From NCBI GenBank assembly GCA_963826415.1, contig CAWGWW010000011.1:88691-152690 (forward strand): a stretch of DNA of 64,000 nucleotides. The letters run 5' to 3'. The DNA is from an uncultured Actinomycetota bacterium. Its GTDB lineage: Bacteria; Actinomycetota; Actinomycetes; Propionibacteriales; Nocardioidaceae. Each line of letters starts with the position of its first letter. Positions within the stretch are counted from its first letter, which is position 1. The position numbers and the translations under genes were made by a program. The notes below the pieces were generated by a model. That model was not told where the DNA came from. It was given only the letters and a program-made list of their open reading frames with translations, and searched no databases. Of this stretch, positions 28,553 to 37,765 are shown in pieces.

Positions 28553-29959
28553 TCACGTCGTGGGCGGGTCCGCGTGCAGGACCAGCACGTCGCCGTGGCC
28601 GCCGTACCCCAGCAGCGCGCGGTGGTAGGACGTCCCGTCGAAGGTGAGCAGCCACCACCCACCTGCCGGGTCCGGGACCACCTGCGGGTGCGGGATGTTC
28701 GTCCCGTACGGCGCATCCAGCCGGCCGACCCGCGACCCGGACAGGTCGAAGACCGGGAAGCTCCGCGCCGCCCCGTCGCTGGCCAGCAGCCGGGTGTCGT
28801 CGCCCACCCGCGCCAGGATCGGGCCCTCGCACTGCTGGAGGCCGGACAGGTCACCGGCCTCGGTCCGGACCAGCTCACACGTCCAGTCGGTGCTGGCGGT
28901 GCTGGCCAGCGCCGGGTGGAAGGTGAACGGGCGCTGCGAGCGGCTCTCGACGTACGCCACGTGCCAGCGCTCGCCGATCCTGGTCAGTGCCGGGTCCCAG
29001 GTGCCGTGCCGGCTGGGCAGCGGCGTGCGTTCGGTGTCGAGGACGTGGACCCCCGTGAGCAGGTCGTCGGTGGACTCCGCGTGGCGGATGTGGATCGAGC
29101 CCGGCTCGAAGTCCCCCCAGGAGCTGGTCGCCACCAGCCAGCGGTCGCCGTCGCGGACCAGCTGGCCGGCGTGGTCGCCGAGCACCAGCCCGTCGCGGCG
29201 GCTGAACAGCTGGGCCTCCAGCCGCATCCCGGCCGGGTCGGCGGGGTCGAACGACCACACCGACCAGTGCGCCTGCTGGAAGAAGCCCGGGCCGGCGCAG
29301 GTCCAGGTCAGGTAGCAGCGCCCCTCGCGCACGTACGGCGAGCCGTCGGCGCGCTGCACGAGGTGCGGGTCGCGCAGCCCGGTCATCCCGAAGAGTCCTG
29401 CCCGCACCGCGGTGAGCTCGACGCCGGCGCCGCCCCAGGCGTACCGGTGCCCGGCCAGCACGTCCTCGCGGCGCAGGTCGACGAGTCCCCGCACCTTGGC
29501 TCGCTCGGTGAGCACCGGCACCCAGCCGTCGCCGGAGTCGACCAGGGCGGTGACCTGGCTCTCGCAGAGCACGAAGGCCAGCCCGAAGGGTGCCGCCAGC
29601 GCGACCTTGTGCCGGCGGACCACGCGGGTGCGACCGGCCCGACGTACCGAGATCGTGATCCGGGCGGTCGCCGCCGACCAGGTCACCAGCACGTGCTGGT
29701 CGTCCTCGGTCGCCAACCCGGCGGAGACCGTCCCCGCGGGGTCGAGCGGTGTCCCGGGGCGGCCGACGCGCACCTCGACGGCGGCGTACGGCGCGACCGG
29801 GCCCACCTCGGCGCGCAGCAGGCCGTCCGGTGAGCACCCGCCCCGGTCGACGGCGGCGAAGCCGGGCGCCACCAGCGCGAACGGACGGAACCGATCGACC
29901 TGCTGGAACGTCAGGTCGAGGAGGGCATCACCTCGTCGGTCGGTGGGCGGCGCGGGCAT
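28553..29959 (-). CDS. Hypothetical protein, possible five-bladed beta-propeller glycosidase
   Basis: LRDPHLV, WDPAL, CEGPIL and PHPQV blade-like motifs. Confidence 0.5.
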   Translation of the reverse strand: MPAPPTDRRGDALLDLTFQQVDRFRPFALVAPGFAAVDRGGCSPDGLLRAEVGPVAPYAAVEVRVGRPGTPLDPAGTVSAGLATEDDQHVLVTWSAATARITISVRRAGRTRVVRRHKVALAAPFGLAFVLCESQVTALVDSGDGWVPVLTERAKVRGLVDLRREDVLAGHRYAWGGAGVELTAVRAGLFGMTGLRDPHLVQRADGSPYVREGRCYLTWTCAGPGFFQQAHWSVWSFDPADPAGMRLEAQLFSRRDGLVLGDHAGQLVRDGDRWLVATSSWGDFEPGSIHIRHAESTDDLLTGVHVLDTERTPLPSRHGTWDPALTRIGERWHVAYVESRSQRPFTFHPALASTASTDWTCELVRTEAGDLSGLQQCEGPILARVGDDTRLLASDGAARSFPVFDLSGSRVGRLDAPYGTNIPHPQVVPDPAGGWWLLTFDGTSYHRALLGYGGHGDVLVLHADPPTT

Positions 29960-30100
29960 GCGGTCAGATTAGGGCGTGCCGGAGCCGGGTATCACACACG
30001 AGGTGGCCCAGAATTTGTGCCCGGGGGCAGGTCGGCGAGACTGTTTGGAGTTCGCACGTAGGTTCGGCTTGCCCGAATCCCGAGATCCGAAGGTGACCAC

Positions 30101-31324
30101 GTGTCCGAGGCTGAGTCCGCGAGTGTCCAGTCGGACCCCCGCGCGCCCAAGCGTCGTGGCAAGATCCGCAAGCGGCACACCGTCGCCAAGGTCGTGCTGG
30201 TCAGCGTGGTGGTCCTCGCGATGGTCACCGGACTAGGCGTCGTCTTCCTCTACCGGCACTTCAACGGCAACCTCACCGAGCTCGAGGTCACCGACGCGCA
30301 GCTCGGCCCCCGGCCCGAGAAGCTCGCGGCCACCGGGCCCCAGGAGCCGCTCAACATCCTGGTGATGGGGTCGGACAGCCGTGAGGGCGAGGGCAACAAC
30401 ATCGACGGGCTCACCGGTCTGGGCGAGCGGTCGGACACCACGATCCTGCTCCACCTCTCGGCGGACCGGAAGTCGGCGTACGGCATCAGCATCCCGCGCG
30501 ACTCGGTGGTGGACCGGCCCGACTGCGTCAGCGACAGCGGCGAGACGATCCCCGGCGGCACCCGGGTGTTGTGGAACGACGCGTTCGCCGTCGGCGGACC
30601 CGCGTGCACCGTCCGCCAGTTCGAGGACCTGACCGGGGTCCGGCTCGACCACTTCATCAAGGTCGACTTCGAGGGCTTCAAGGGCATGGTCGACGCGATC
30701 GGCGGTGTCGAGGTCTGCATCCCCGAGACCATCGACGACCGCGCACACGGGATCTTCCTCGAGGCCGGCACCCGCAAGATCCAGGGGCAGGAAGCGCTCA
30801 ACTACGTGCGTGAGCGGTACGCCGTCTCCGGCGGCTCCGACGTCGGCCGGATGAAGCGGCAGCAGGCCTTCATCGCCTCGATGGCCCACCAGGTCATCGC
30901 TGCGGACACCCTGGCTCGACCGGACCGGCTCCTGGGGTTCCTCGAGGCGGCGACCAAGTCGCTCTACCTCGACGAGGGTCTCAAGAGCCTGGGCAAGATC
31001 GCCTCGCTGGGCTACGAGTTCCGCAACATCGGGCTGGACAACATCCAGTTCGTCACGATCCCCAACGAGGTCGACCCGCTGGACCCCAACCACCTGGTCT
31101 GGACGCCCGGCGCGAAGAAGGTGTGGCGCGCGATCATGCGCGACGAGCCGCTGACCAGTCGCCTGGTCAGCGACGTGATCAGCGCCGGCAACGTGCCCGG
31201 CGGCACCAGGTCGAACGGCTCGTCGTCCGGGTCCGGATCGGGCTCGCCCTCGGGCGAGCCGACGACCAGCCCCTCGGACGAGGCCGACGCCCAGGCGCTG
31301 ACCAACGCCGGACTCTGCGCGTGA
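30101..31324 (+). CDS. LCP (LytR-CpsA-Psr) family protein
   Basis: NILVMGSDSR, RSDT, SIPRDS, ALNYVRER, SDVGRMKRQQ. Confidence 0.92.
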   Translation: MSEAESASVQSDPRAPKRRGKIRKRHTVAKVVLVSVVVLAMVTGLGVVFLYRHFNGNLTELEVTDAQLGPRPEKLAATGPQEPLNILVMGSDSREGEGNNIDGLTGLGERSDTTILLHLSADRKSAYGISIPRDSVVDRPDCVSDSGETIPGGTRVLWNDAFAVGGPACTVRQFEDLTGVRLDHFIKVDFEGFKGMVDAIGGVEVCIPETIDDRAHGIFLEAGTRKIQGQEALNYVRERYAVSGGSDVGRMKRQQAFIASMAHQVIAADTLARPDRLLGFLEAATKSLYLDEGLKSLGKIASLGYEFRNIGLDNIQFVTIPNEVDPLDPNHLVWTPGAKKVWRAIMRDEPLTSRLVSDVISAGNVPGGTRSNGSSSGSGSGSPSGEPTTSPSDEADAQALTNAGLCA

Positions 31325-31331
31325 GCACCCG

Positions 31332-31535
31332 ATGACGACAGAGCCTCCGGTCGAGTCCGACTGGGAACGCCGCAGGCGACTGGCGGCGGTCTTCGGCGAC
31401 GTACTGCCGGAGACCACGAGCGACGAGCGCAGCGACCGTCCGGCCGGCGCCGGCGCCGGCACCGCGGAGGACCCGGACGCCGAGGACCCGAACGACGCCT
31501 GGCTGCGCGCCCAGGTCCCCCCGCACCACGGCTGA
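31332..31535 (+). CDS. Small conserved actinobacterial protein
   Basis: FGDVLPETTSDER...WLRAQVPPHHG. Confidence 0.68.
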   Translation: MTTEPPVESDWERRRRLAAVFGDVLPETTSDERSDRPAGAGAGTAEDPDAEDPNDAWLRAQVPPHHG

Positions 31536-31540
31536 CGCCC

Positions 31541-31638
31541 ACCCGTCGTTTGTTCACCTCAAATGACGTCGACCCGTCGCTTGTTCACGTGAACAAGCGA
31601 CGGGTCGACGGTGTTCTGCGTCAACAAGCGACGGGTCG
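31541..31638. repeat. Head-to-head repeat cluster containing a 44-bp perfect palindrome
   Basis: Palindrome 31567-31610 (CGTCGACCCGTCGCTTGTTCAC plus its reverse complement); outer copies 31 nt away on each side. Confidence 0.9.
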
Positions 31639-31640
31639 GC

Positions 31641-31988
31641 TCAGGCGGAGCGGGTCGCGAGCAGGTCGCGGATCTCCTTGAGCACGACGACGTCCTCGGG
31701 GGTGCCGGCGGGCGGGCTGGGGAAGAACTTCTCCTTGGCCTTGGTGTACGGCAGCACGACCAGGAAGTAGACGACTGCGGCCAGCAGGAGGAACGAGATC
31801 ACGGCGTTGAGGAACGCGCCGAACGTGTTCTCCTTGTTCTCGAAGTACGAGGACGCCGAGTCGGGCATCTGGGCGGTCAGCCAGGCGGTGAAGGTGGTGA
31901 CCACCGTGCCGAACGAGACCGCCATGATCACGGCGACCGCAAGGTCGACCAGATTTCCGCGGAGGACAAAATTCTTGAAACCATCCAT
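31641..31988 (-). CDS. mscL: Large-conductance mechanosensitive channel
   Basis: GFKNFVLRGNLVDLAVAVI, LKEIRDLL. Confidence 0.93.
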   Translation of the reverse strand: MDGFKNFVLRGNLVDLAVAVIMAVSFGTVVTTFTAWLTAQMPDSASSYFENKENTFGAFLNAVISFLLLAAVVYFLVVLPYTKAKEKFFPSPPAGTPEDVVVLKEIRDLLATRSA

Positions 31989-32045
31989 CGTGGGTGCTCC
32001 TTTTTTTGTCCGAGAAGATCCATTGAGTCGGACTGGTCAACGAAC

Positions 32046-32678
32046 CTAATCCGAGAATGTGACGCTGAGGAAGGACCCCACGGCGGCTGCGGCGAGTCGC
32101 GGCACGCTCCCGCTGGGGACGCCGACCACGACCAGTCGCCCCGCTAGACCAGTCGGGCCGCTGTCGGGCTCCGGGCGGGGGATTGCGAGCACGGGTGCGT
32201 CGAGGACAACCGGATCGGCAGCGGTGCCGCGCGGGTCGGCGGCGATCAGGTCCACGCGGTCGCCGACCCGGAGCAGGTCGACCACCCCCGCGTCGGGCAG
32301 CCGCACCGGGACCGCGGTGAGCCCCGGGTAGCCGTCGGTGAGCTGTGGCCCCACGAGGCGGACGTCGCTCACCACCTCGCCGCTGCGCAGGGGCGCGGCC
32401 AGCACCCGCCCCAGCGGATCGACGGCCAGTCCGTCCGGGACCGACTCGGCCGAGAAACCCACCTCGGTCAGGTCCTCGGGCCTCAGGATGGTCCCGGAGG
32501 CCAGATCACGCGCGGCGACGACCACGAGCACCCGCGGCGGCGGGGGAGCGGTCACCGCCTGGAGGCCGCTGGCCAGCGCGACCGCGACGAACAGCGCCGC
32601 CAGCGGCCGGCGTCGACGCAGGACCGCACGCCGAGCCCGGCGCGCGAGATGGGTCAGACGGTCACGAGGGGAGCCCAT
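32046..32678 (-). CDS. SAF/RcpC-CpaB domain protein
   Basis: VVVAARDLASG, LLRVGDRVDL; conserved position by mscL/fmdB. Confidence 0.8.
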   Translation of the reverse strand: MGSPRDRLTHLARRARRAVLRRRRPLAALFVAVALASGLQAVTAPPPPRVLVVVAARDLASGTILRPEDLTEVGFSAESVPDGLAVDPLGRVLAAPLRSGEVVSDVRLVGPQLTDGYPGLTAVPVRLPDAGVVDLLRVGDRVDLIAADPRGTAADPVVLDAPVLAIPRPEPDSGPTGLAGRLVVVGVPSGSVPRLAAAAVGSFLSVTFSD

Positions 32679-32764
32679 GGGGCGACGCTAGGACGTCGCG
32701 GTGCGAGCCGGGCCGGCTCTCCACAGGCCGGGGCGACGGAGCGGGCGGCGCGTTCGCCGAGCGT

Positions 32765-32791
32765 GGTCACACTCGGCCGGGACCGCGCGTC
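32765..32791 (+). promoter_or_regulatory. ECF41-type promoter
   Basis: GGTCACA-N16-CGTC versus consensus TGTCACA-N16-CGTC, 6 nt before in-frame GTG 32798. Confidence 0.72.
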
Positions 32792-32797
32792 AGTGGA

Positions 32798-33664
32798 GTG
32801 ACCAGCACAGGTGAAAGGGTGGAGCTCGTGGACCAGACGGACATGTTCGAGGCCGAGCGGCCGCGCCTGGTGGGGATCGCGAGCCGGGTGCTCGGCGACC
32901 ACGCCGAGGCCCAGGACGTGGTGCAGCAGGCGTGGCTGCGGTTGCATGCCTCGGCCGCCGAGATCGACAGCCTGCCGGCCTGGCTGACGACCGTGACCAC
33001 CCGGCTGTGCCTCGATCGGCTGCGGTCACGGACCCCGGTCCCCGTGGATGACGTCGAGCCCCGGGAGACCGCCGGCGATCCGGCCGACGACGTCGCGCTC
33101 GCCGACACCGTCGGCCTCGCGCTGCGGGTCGTGCTCGACCGGCTCTCCCCGCGGGAGCGGGTCGCCTTCGTGCTTCACGACAGTTTCGGCTTCGAGTTCC
33201 CGACCATCGCGGCGGTCCTCGACACCACGCCGGTGGCGGCACGCAAGCTGGCGTCGCGGGCGCGGGCCAAGATCGCGCAGCCCCGGCCGGAGGACCGTCT
33301 GGCCGACTGGGAAGTGGTCGACGCCTTCATGGCCGCCGCGCGGAACGGGGAGTTCGACCGGTTGCTGCGACTGCTCGCCCCCGACGCCACCGTGGCCGCC
33401 GACGAGGCCGCGGTCCTGGTGGGCACGCCGCGGCAGCTCGAGGGCCGTGACGAGGTGGCGACGTTCTTCAACGGCAGCGCCCGGGCTGCGCTCCCGGTCT
33501 TCGTCGGGGACCGGCCCGCGACCGCCTGGTTCCACCACGGCGAGGCCAAGGTCGTCTTCGACTTCACCATCGACGACGGCCGCGTGCGCGCCATCACGTT
33601 CCGCGCCGCGCCCGACGTGCTCTCGCGGGTCGTACGCCGCGACGGCGGCCGGCCGCGCGGCTGA
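32798..33664 (+). CDS. ECF sigma factor, SigJ/ECF41 type with SnoaL-like extension
   Basis: EAQDVVQQAWLR, AWLTTVTTRLCLD, LSPRERVAFVLHD, FMAAARNGEFDRLL. Confidence 0.88.
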   Translation: MTSTGERVELVDQTDMFEAERPRLVGIASRVLGDHAEAQDVVQQAWLRLHASAAEIDSLPAWLTTVTTRLCLDRLRSRTPVPVDDVEPRETAGDPADDVALADTVGLALRVVLDRLSPRERVAFVLHDSFGFEFPTIAAVLDTTPVAARKLASRARAKIAQPRPEDRLADWEVVDAFMAAARNGEFDRLLRLLAPDATVAADEAAVLVGTPRQLEGRDEVATFFNGSARAALPVFVGDRPATAWFHHGEAKVVFDFTIDDGRVRAITFRAAPDVLSRVVRRDGGRPRG

Positions 33665-33752
33665 CGCGCATCCTCTGCTCCGACCCCAGCCCCCCAGCCC
33701 CCCAACCCCCAGCCGCCTCAGCAGCGGATCAGCACCTCAGAAGGAGACGACG

Positions 33753-33989
33753 ATGAAGACCATGACCTGCCGGGCCCTCGGCGGACCCTGCGACCTCGAG
33801 CACCACGGGGAGAGCGCCGACGACGTCATCAAGGCCCAGGACCGCCATCTCAAGGAGGCGGAGAAGGCCGGCGACTCGACGCACCAGGAGGCGCGCGACG
33901 CGATGAAGGGCCGCTGGCGGCACCCCAAGCGGGCGATGGGGTGGTACCGCGACACCAAGCAGGCCTTCGCCGACCTCCCCGACGACTGA
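33753..33989 (+). CDS. Small DUF1059-like Cys/His protein
   Basis: AAGGAG RBS; MKTMTCRALGGPCD..RHL..H. Confidence 0.7.
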   Translation: MKTMTCRALGGPCDLEHHGESADDVIKAQDRHLKEAEKAGDSTHQEARDAMKGRWRHPKRAMGWYRDTKQAFADLPDD

Positions 33990-34001
33990 CGTGCTCGGTC
34001 C

Positions 34002-34384
34002 TCAGTCGGACGAGGAGGACGACCCGGAGGACGACGACGGGCGCTGGACGAGGACGACGAGCCGGTCGACGCTGCGGCCGCAGGAGCGGACTTCTTCTCG
34101 GACGAGGCGGACTTCTCCGGCGCGGACGTGTCACCCGACGAGCTCGTGTCGCCCGACGAGCTCTTGTCCCCGGCCGCCGGGATCGACGACGAGCCGCCGC
34201 GGGCGTCCGCACGGCTGTCGGTCCGGTAGAAGCCCGACCCCTTGAACACGACGCCGACCGCGTTGAAGACCTTGCGCAGCCGGCCCTGGCACTCCGGGCA
34301 CGTGGTGAGCGAGTCGTCGGAGAAGCTCTGGAACTGCTCGAAGGCGTGGCTGCACTCGGTGCAGGCGTACTGGTAAGTCGGCAC
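34002..34384 (-). CDS. FmdB-family zinc-ribbon protein with Ser-rich tail (1-nt frameshift near 34050)
   Basis: PTYQYACTEC..CPEC..FKGSGFYRTD; adding one C gives a ..SSSSD-stop end at 34002. Confidence 0.85.
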
Positions 34385-34431
34385 GGTTCGGATCCTCGAT
34401 CGGGTCGCGGTCGGTGCTCCGTGGCGAGGGG

Positions 34432-34458
34432 TTGGCACTCGCCCCGGAGGACTGCCAA
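34432..34458. promoter_or_regulatory. CIRCE element (HrcA operator)
   Basis: TTGGCACTC-N9-GACTGCCAA versus TTAGCACTC-N9-GAGTGCTAA. Confidence 0.82.
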
Positions 34459-34481
34459 TGGTACGGCACAATGGCAACACC

Positions 34482-37118
34482 ATGACCGACCAGTCCCCGG
34501 CCCTCCGCCCCTCCAGCCCAGGCCGGGGCACTGTCGTCCGGTGGTGGCGAGTCTTCCGGGGGCTGCCGTGGCTGGCGCGGCTGACGACGTACGTCGTGGT
34601 GTGGGTCGTGCTGCTGCTGGTCATCGGTCTGGTGACCGCCGCCGTGCTGGTCCGCCGGCCCTTCCCCGAGACCACCGGTGAGCTCCGACTGCCCGGCCTG
34701 GCCGGCGAGGTGGAGGTGGTCCGCGACGAGTACGGGATCCCGCAGCTCTACGGTGACTCGGTCGAGGACCTGATGCGGGCGCAGGGCTACGTGCACGCGC
34801 AGGAGCGGTTCTTCGAGATGGACGTCCGACGGCACGCCACCGCCGGTCGGCTGGCGGAGCTGTTCGGGGAGCCGGCCCTGGAGAGCGACCGCTACGTGCG
34901 CACCATGGGCTGGCGCCGGGTCGCCGAGCAGGAGCTCGCGCTGGTCCAGCCGGAGACCCGCGCGGCGCTGGAGGCCTACGCCGTCGGCGTCAACGCCTAC
35001 CTCGACGACCACACCCCCAGCCAGATCGCGGTCGAGTACACCGTGCTGAACCTGAGCGGCCTCGACTACCTCCCCGAGCCGTGGAGCGCGATCGACTCGC
35101 TGGCCTGGCTCAAGGCGATGGCCTGGGACCTGCGCGGCAACATGACCGACGAGATCGACCGGGTGCTGGCGCTGGCCGGCCACACCGAGGCGCAGGTGGA
35201 GCAGCTCCACCCGCCCTACCCGTACGCCGAGCACGACCCGATCGTCTCGCGCGGGGCCGTCGTCGACGGGGTGTTCGAGCAGGACGCCACCGCCGGGGCG
35301 ACCCGCAACCCGCAGCGGCCGGCGTTCACCGCCGGCCAGCGCCGCGTCCTGACCGACGTGCGCGACGGCGTCGCGCGGATGCCGCAGCTGTTGGGCCGCG
35401 GCGACGGGATCGGCAGCAACAGCTGGGTGGTCGACGGCGACCACTCCGCCACAGGCGCGCCGCTGCTGGCGAACGACCCGCACCTGTCGGTCGGCCTGCC
35501 CGGCGTGTGGATGCAGATGGGGCTGCACTGCCGGACCGTCTCCGAGGCGTGCCCGCTCGACGTCGCGGGCTTCACCTTCTCCGGAGTGCCCGGTGTGATG
35601 ATCGGTCACAACGCCGACATCGCCTGGGGCTTCACGAACCTCGGACCCGACGTCACCGACCTCTACCTGGAGAAGCTCGTCGGCGACGGGTGGCGCCACG
35701 ACGGGGAGGTGCTGCCGTTGCGGGTGCGCACCGAGACCATCGAGGTCCGCGACGGCGAGGACGTCCAGATCACGATCCGCTCCACCCGGCACGGGCCGCT
35801 GATCTCGGACGTCGCCGACCCGCTCGCGGACGTCGGACGGGCCGCCGCGGACCGCGACGACCGCAGGCGTCGCTACGGCGTCGCCCTCGAGTGGACGGCC
35901 CTGCGCCCGGCGCCGACGGCGGACGCGATCCTCCAGCTCAACACCGCCACCGACTGGGCGTCGTTCCGGGCGGCGGCCTCCTCCTTCGCGGTCCCCGCGC
36001 AGAACCTCGTGTACGCCGACCGCGAGGGGCACATCGGCTACCAGGCGCCGGGGCGGGTCCCGATCCGCAAGTCCGGCAACGACGGGTCGGTGCCGTCGGC
36101 GGGATGGCGCCCGGAGAACGACTGGACCGGCGAGTACATCCCCTTCGACGGGCTGCCGACCCTGCTCGATCCCGAGGAGGGCTTCATCGTCACGGCCAAC
36201 CAGGCGGTGGTGGGGCCCGACTACCCGTTCGCGCTCACCGAGGACTGGGACCGGGGCTACCGCTCCCAGCGGATCCGCGAGCTGATCACGCGCGAGATCG
36301 CCGGCGAGGGCGGACTGTCGGTGGTCGAGATGGGCGACCTCCAGCTCGACGACGAGAACCTGCTCGCCGCCACGCTGACGCCGTACCTGCTCGACCTCGA
36401 GCTCCCGCGCGGCTACTACTCAGCCGGTCAGCAGCTGCTCCGCGACTGGGACTTCAGCCAGCCCGCCGACAGCCCGGCGGCCGCCTACTTCAACGTCGTC
36501 TGGCGCAACCTGCTCGCGCTGGCGTTCCACGACGAGCTCCCCGAGGCGCAGTGGCCCGACGGCGGCCAGCGGTGGTACGCCGTCGTGGAGGACCTGCTCA
36601 CCGAGCCGGCCGACCCGTTCTGGGACGACGTGACCACCGACGGCACCGAGACCCGCGACGACGTGCTGGGCCAGGCCCTGCTCGCCGCCCGCGACGAGCT
36701 CACCCAACGACAGGCCCTCGACCCCCAGGAGTGGGAGTGGGGCCGGCTCCACCAGCTGCGGCTCGAGCAGCCAGCCCTGGGCCGGTCCGGGATCGGCCCG
36801 GTCGAATGGCTGGTCAACGGCGGGAGCTGGCATCTCGGCGGGAGCGGCTCCACGGTCGACGCCACCGCCTGGGACGCCGCGGAGGGGTACGAGGTGACCG
36901 CCGCCCCGTCGATGCGGATGGTGGTCTCGCTGGCCGACTTCGACGACTCCCGGTGGATCAACCTGACCGGCGTCTCCGGCCATCCCTTCGACCAGCACTA
37001 CACCGACCAGACCGACCTCTGGGCCCGCGGAGAGACCCTGCCGTGGTCGTTCAGCCGGGCTGCGGTCGAGGCGAGCGGTGGGGACACGCTCACGCTGGTC
37101 CCGGCACCCACCGACTGA
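34482..37118 (+). CDS. Penicillin acylase family (S45 Ntn hydrolase), membrane anchored
   Basis: GYVHAQERFFEMD, GSNSWVV nucleophile, LLANDPHL. Confidence 0.9.
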   Translation: MTDQSPALRPSSPGRGTVVRWWRVFRGLPWLARLTTYVVVWVVLLLVIGLVTAAVLVRRPFPETTGELRLPGLAGEVEVVRDEYGIPQLYGDSVEDLMRAQGYVHAQERFFEMDVRRHATAGRLAELFGEPALESDRYVRTMGWRRVAEQELALVQPETRAALEAYAVGVNAYLDDHTPSQIAVEYTVLNLSGLDYLPEPWSAIDSLAWLKAMAWDLRGNMTDEIDRVLALAGHTEAQVEQLHPPYPYAEHDPIVSRGAVVDGVFEQDATAGATRNPQRPAFTAGQRRVLTDVRDGVARMPQLLGRGDGIGSNSWVVDGDHSATGAPLLANDPHLSVGLPGVWMQMGLHCRTVSEACPLDVAGFTFSGVPGVMIGHNADIAWGFTNLGPDVTDLYLEKLVGDGWRHDGEVLPLRVRTETIEVRDGEDVQITIRSTRHGPLISDVADPLADVGRAAADRDDRRRRYGVALEWTALRPAPTADAILQLNTATDWASFRAAASSFAVPAQNLVYADREGHIGYQAPGRVPIRKSGNDGSVPSAGWRPENDWTGEYIPFDGLPTLLDPEEGFIVTANQAVVGPDYPFALTEDWDRGYRSQRIRELITREIAGEGGLSVVEMGDLQLDDENLLAATLTPYLLDLELPRGYYSAGQQLLRDWDFSQPADSPAAAYFNVVWRNLLALAFHDELPEAQWPDGGQRWYAVVEDLLTEPADPFWDDVTTDGTETRDDVLGQALLAARDELTQRQALDPQEWEWGRLHQLRLEQPALGRSGIGPVEWLVNGGSWHLGGSGSTVDATAWDAAEGYEVTAAPSMRMVVSLADFDDSRWINLTGVSGHPFDQHYTDQTDLWARGETLPWSFSRAAVEASGGDTLTLVPAPTD

Positions 37119-37743
37119 CCCCGCCGGGGGTCGCGGCTGCCAGGACTGGCCGGTCGTGCGGCTCGACCGGCACGTCGACACCGACCTCGTCGTCGAAGAG
37201 CAGCACGCAGGTGAAGGTCCCGACCGGCACCCGGCCCAGCGCCCGGTCGTAGGAGCCACCGCCGCGGCCCAGCCGGGCACCCGCGCCGGAGGCCGCGAGC
37301 CCCGGGACCAGCACCACGTCGGCGGTCGCCACGGCGTCCGGACCGAGCGTGGGCCCGTCCGGCTCGAGCATCCCGCGACCGGCGGCACGCAGGCTCTCGG
37401 GGCCGCGGTAGACCGCCCAGTCCAGGTCGTTGTCGGCCAGCAGCACCGGCAGCAGCACCCGCTTGCCCGCGTCCCGCAGCGCCTCGAGCAGCTCACCGGT
37501 GCCGGGCTCCTCGCCCATCGAGACGTACGCCGCGACCGTCGCCGCGCGTCGTACCTCCGGCGCGGCCAGCAGGTGCGCAGCGATCGCCCGGGCCGCCTCC
37601 CCGCGCTCGGCCAGCGGACGCCTGCGTCGGGCCGTGACGAGCTGGTCCCGCAGGGCCAGCTTGGCCCCGCTGGTGGCCCCGCTGGTGGACCCGCCCGTTG
37701 CCCCGTCGGCGGTCCCGTCGGGGGGAAGTTGTGGTGTCGGCAC
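37090..37743 (-). CDS. 5-formyltetrahydrofolate cyclo-ligase
   Basis: VLVPGLA..RLGRGGGSYDR..EPHD. Confidence 0.9.
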   Translation of the reverse strand: MPTPQLPPDGTADGATGGSTSGATSGAKLALRDQLVTARRRRPLAERGEAARAIAAHLLAAPEVRRAATVAAYVSMGEEPGTGELLEALRDAGKRVLLPVLLADNDLDWAVYRGPESLRAAGRGMLEPDGPTLGPDAVATADVVLVPGLAASGAGARLGRGGGSYDRALGRVPVGTFTCVLLFDDEVGVDVPVEPHDRPVLAAATPGGVSRWVPGPA

Positions 37744-37765
37744 CGGACCAGCCTACGATCGAGGT

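Noticed and set aside
31995-32035. Intrinsic terminator upstream of mscL
   Set aside because: The T-run precedes the hairpin on plus; on the mscL strand it is an A-run before the RBS
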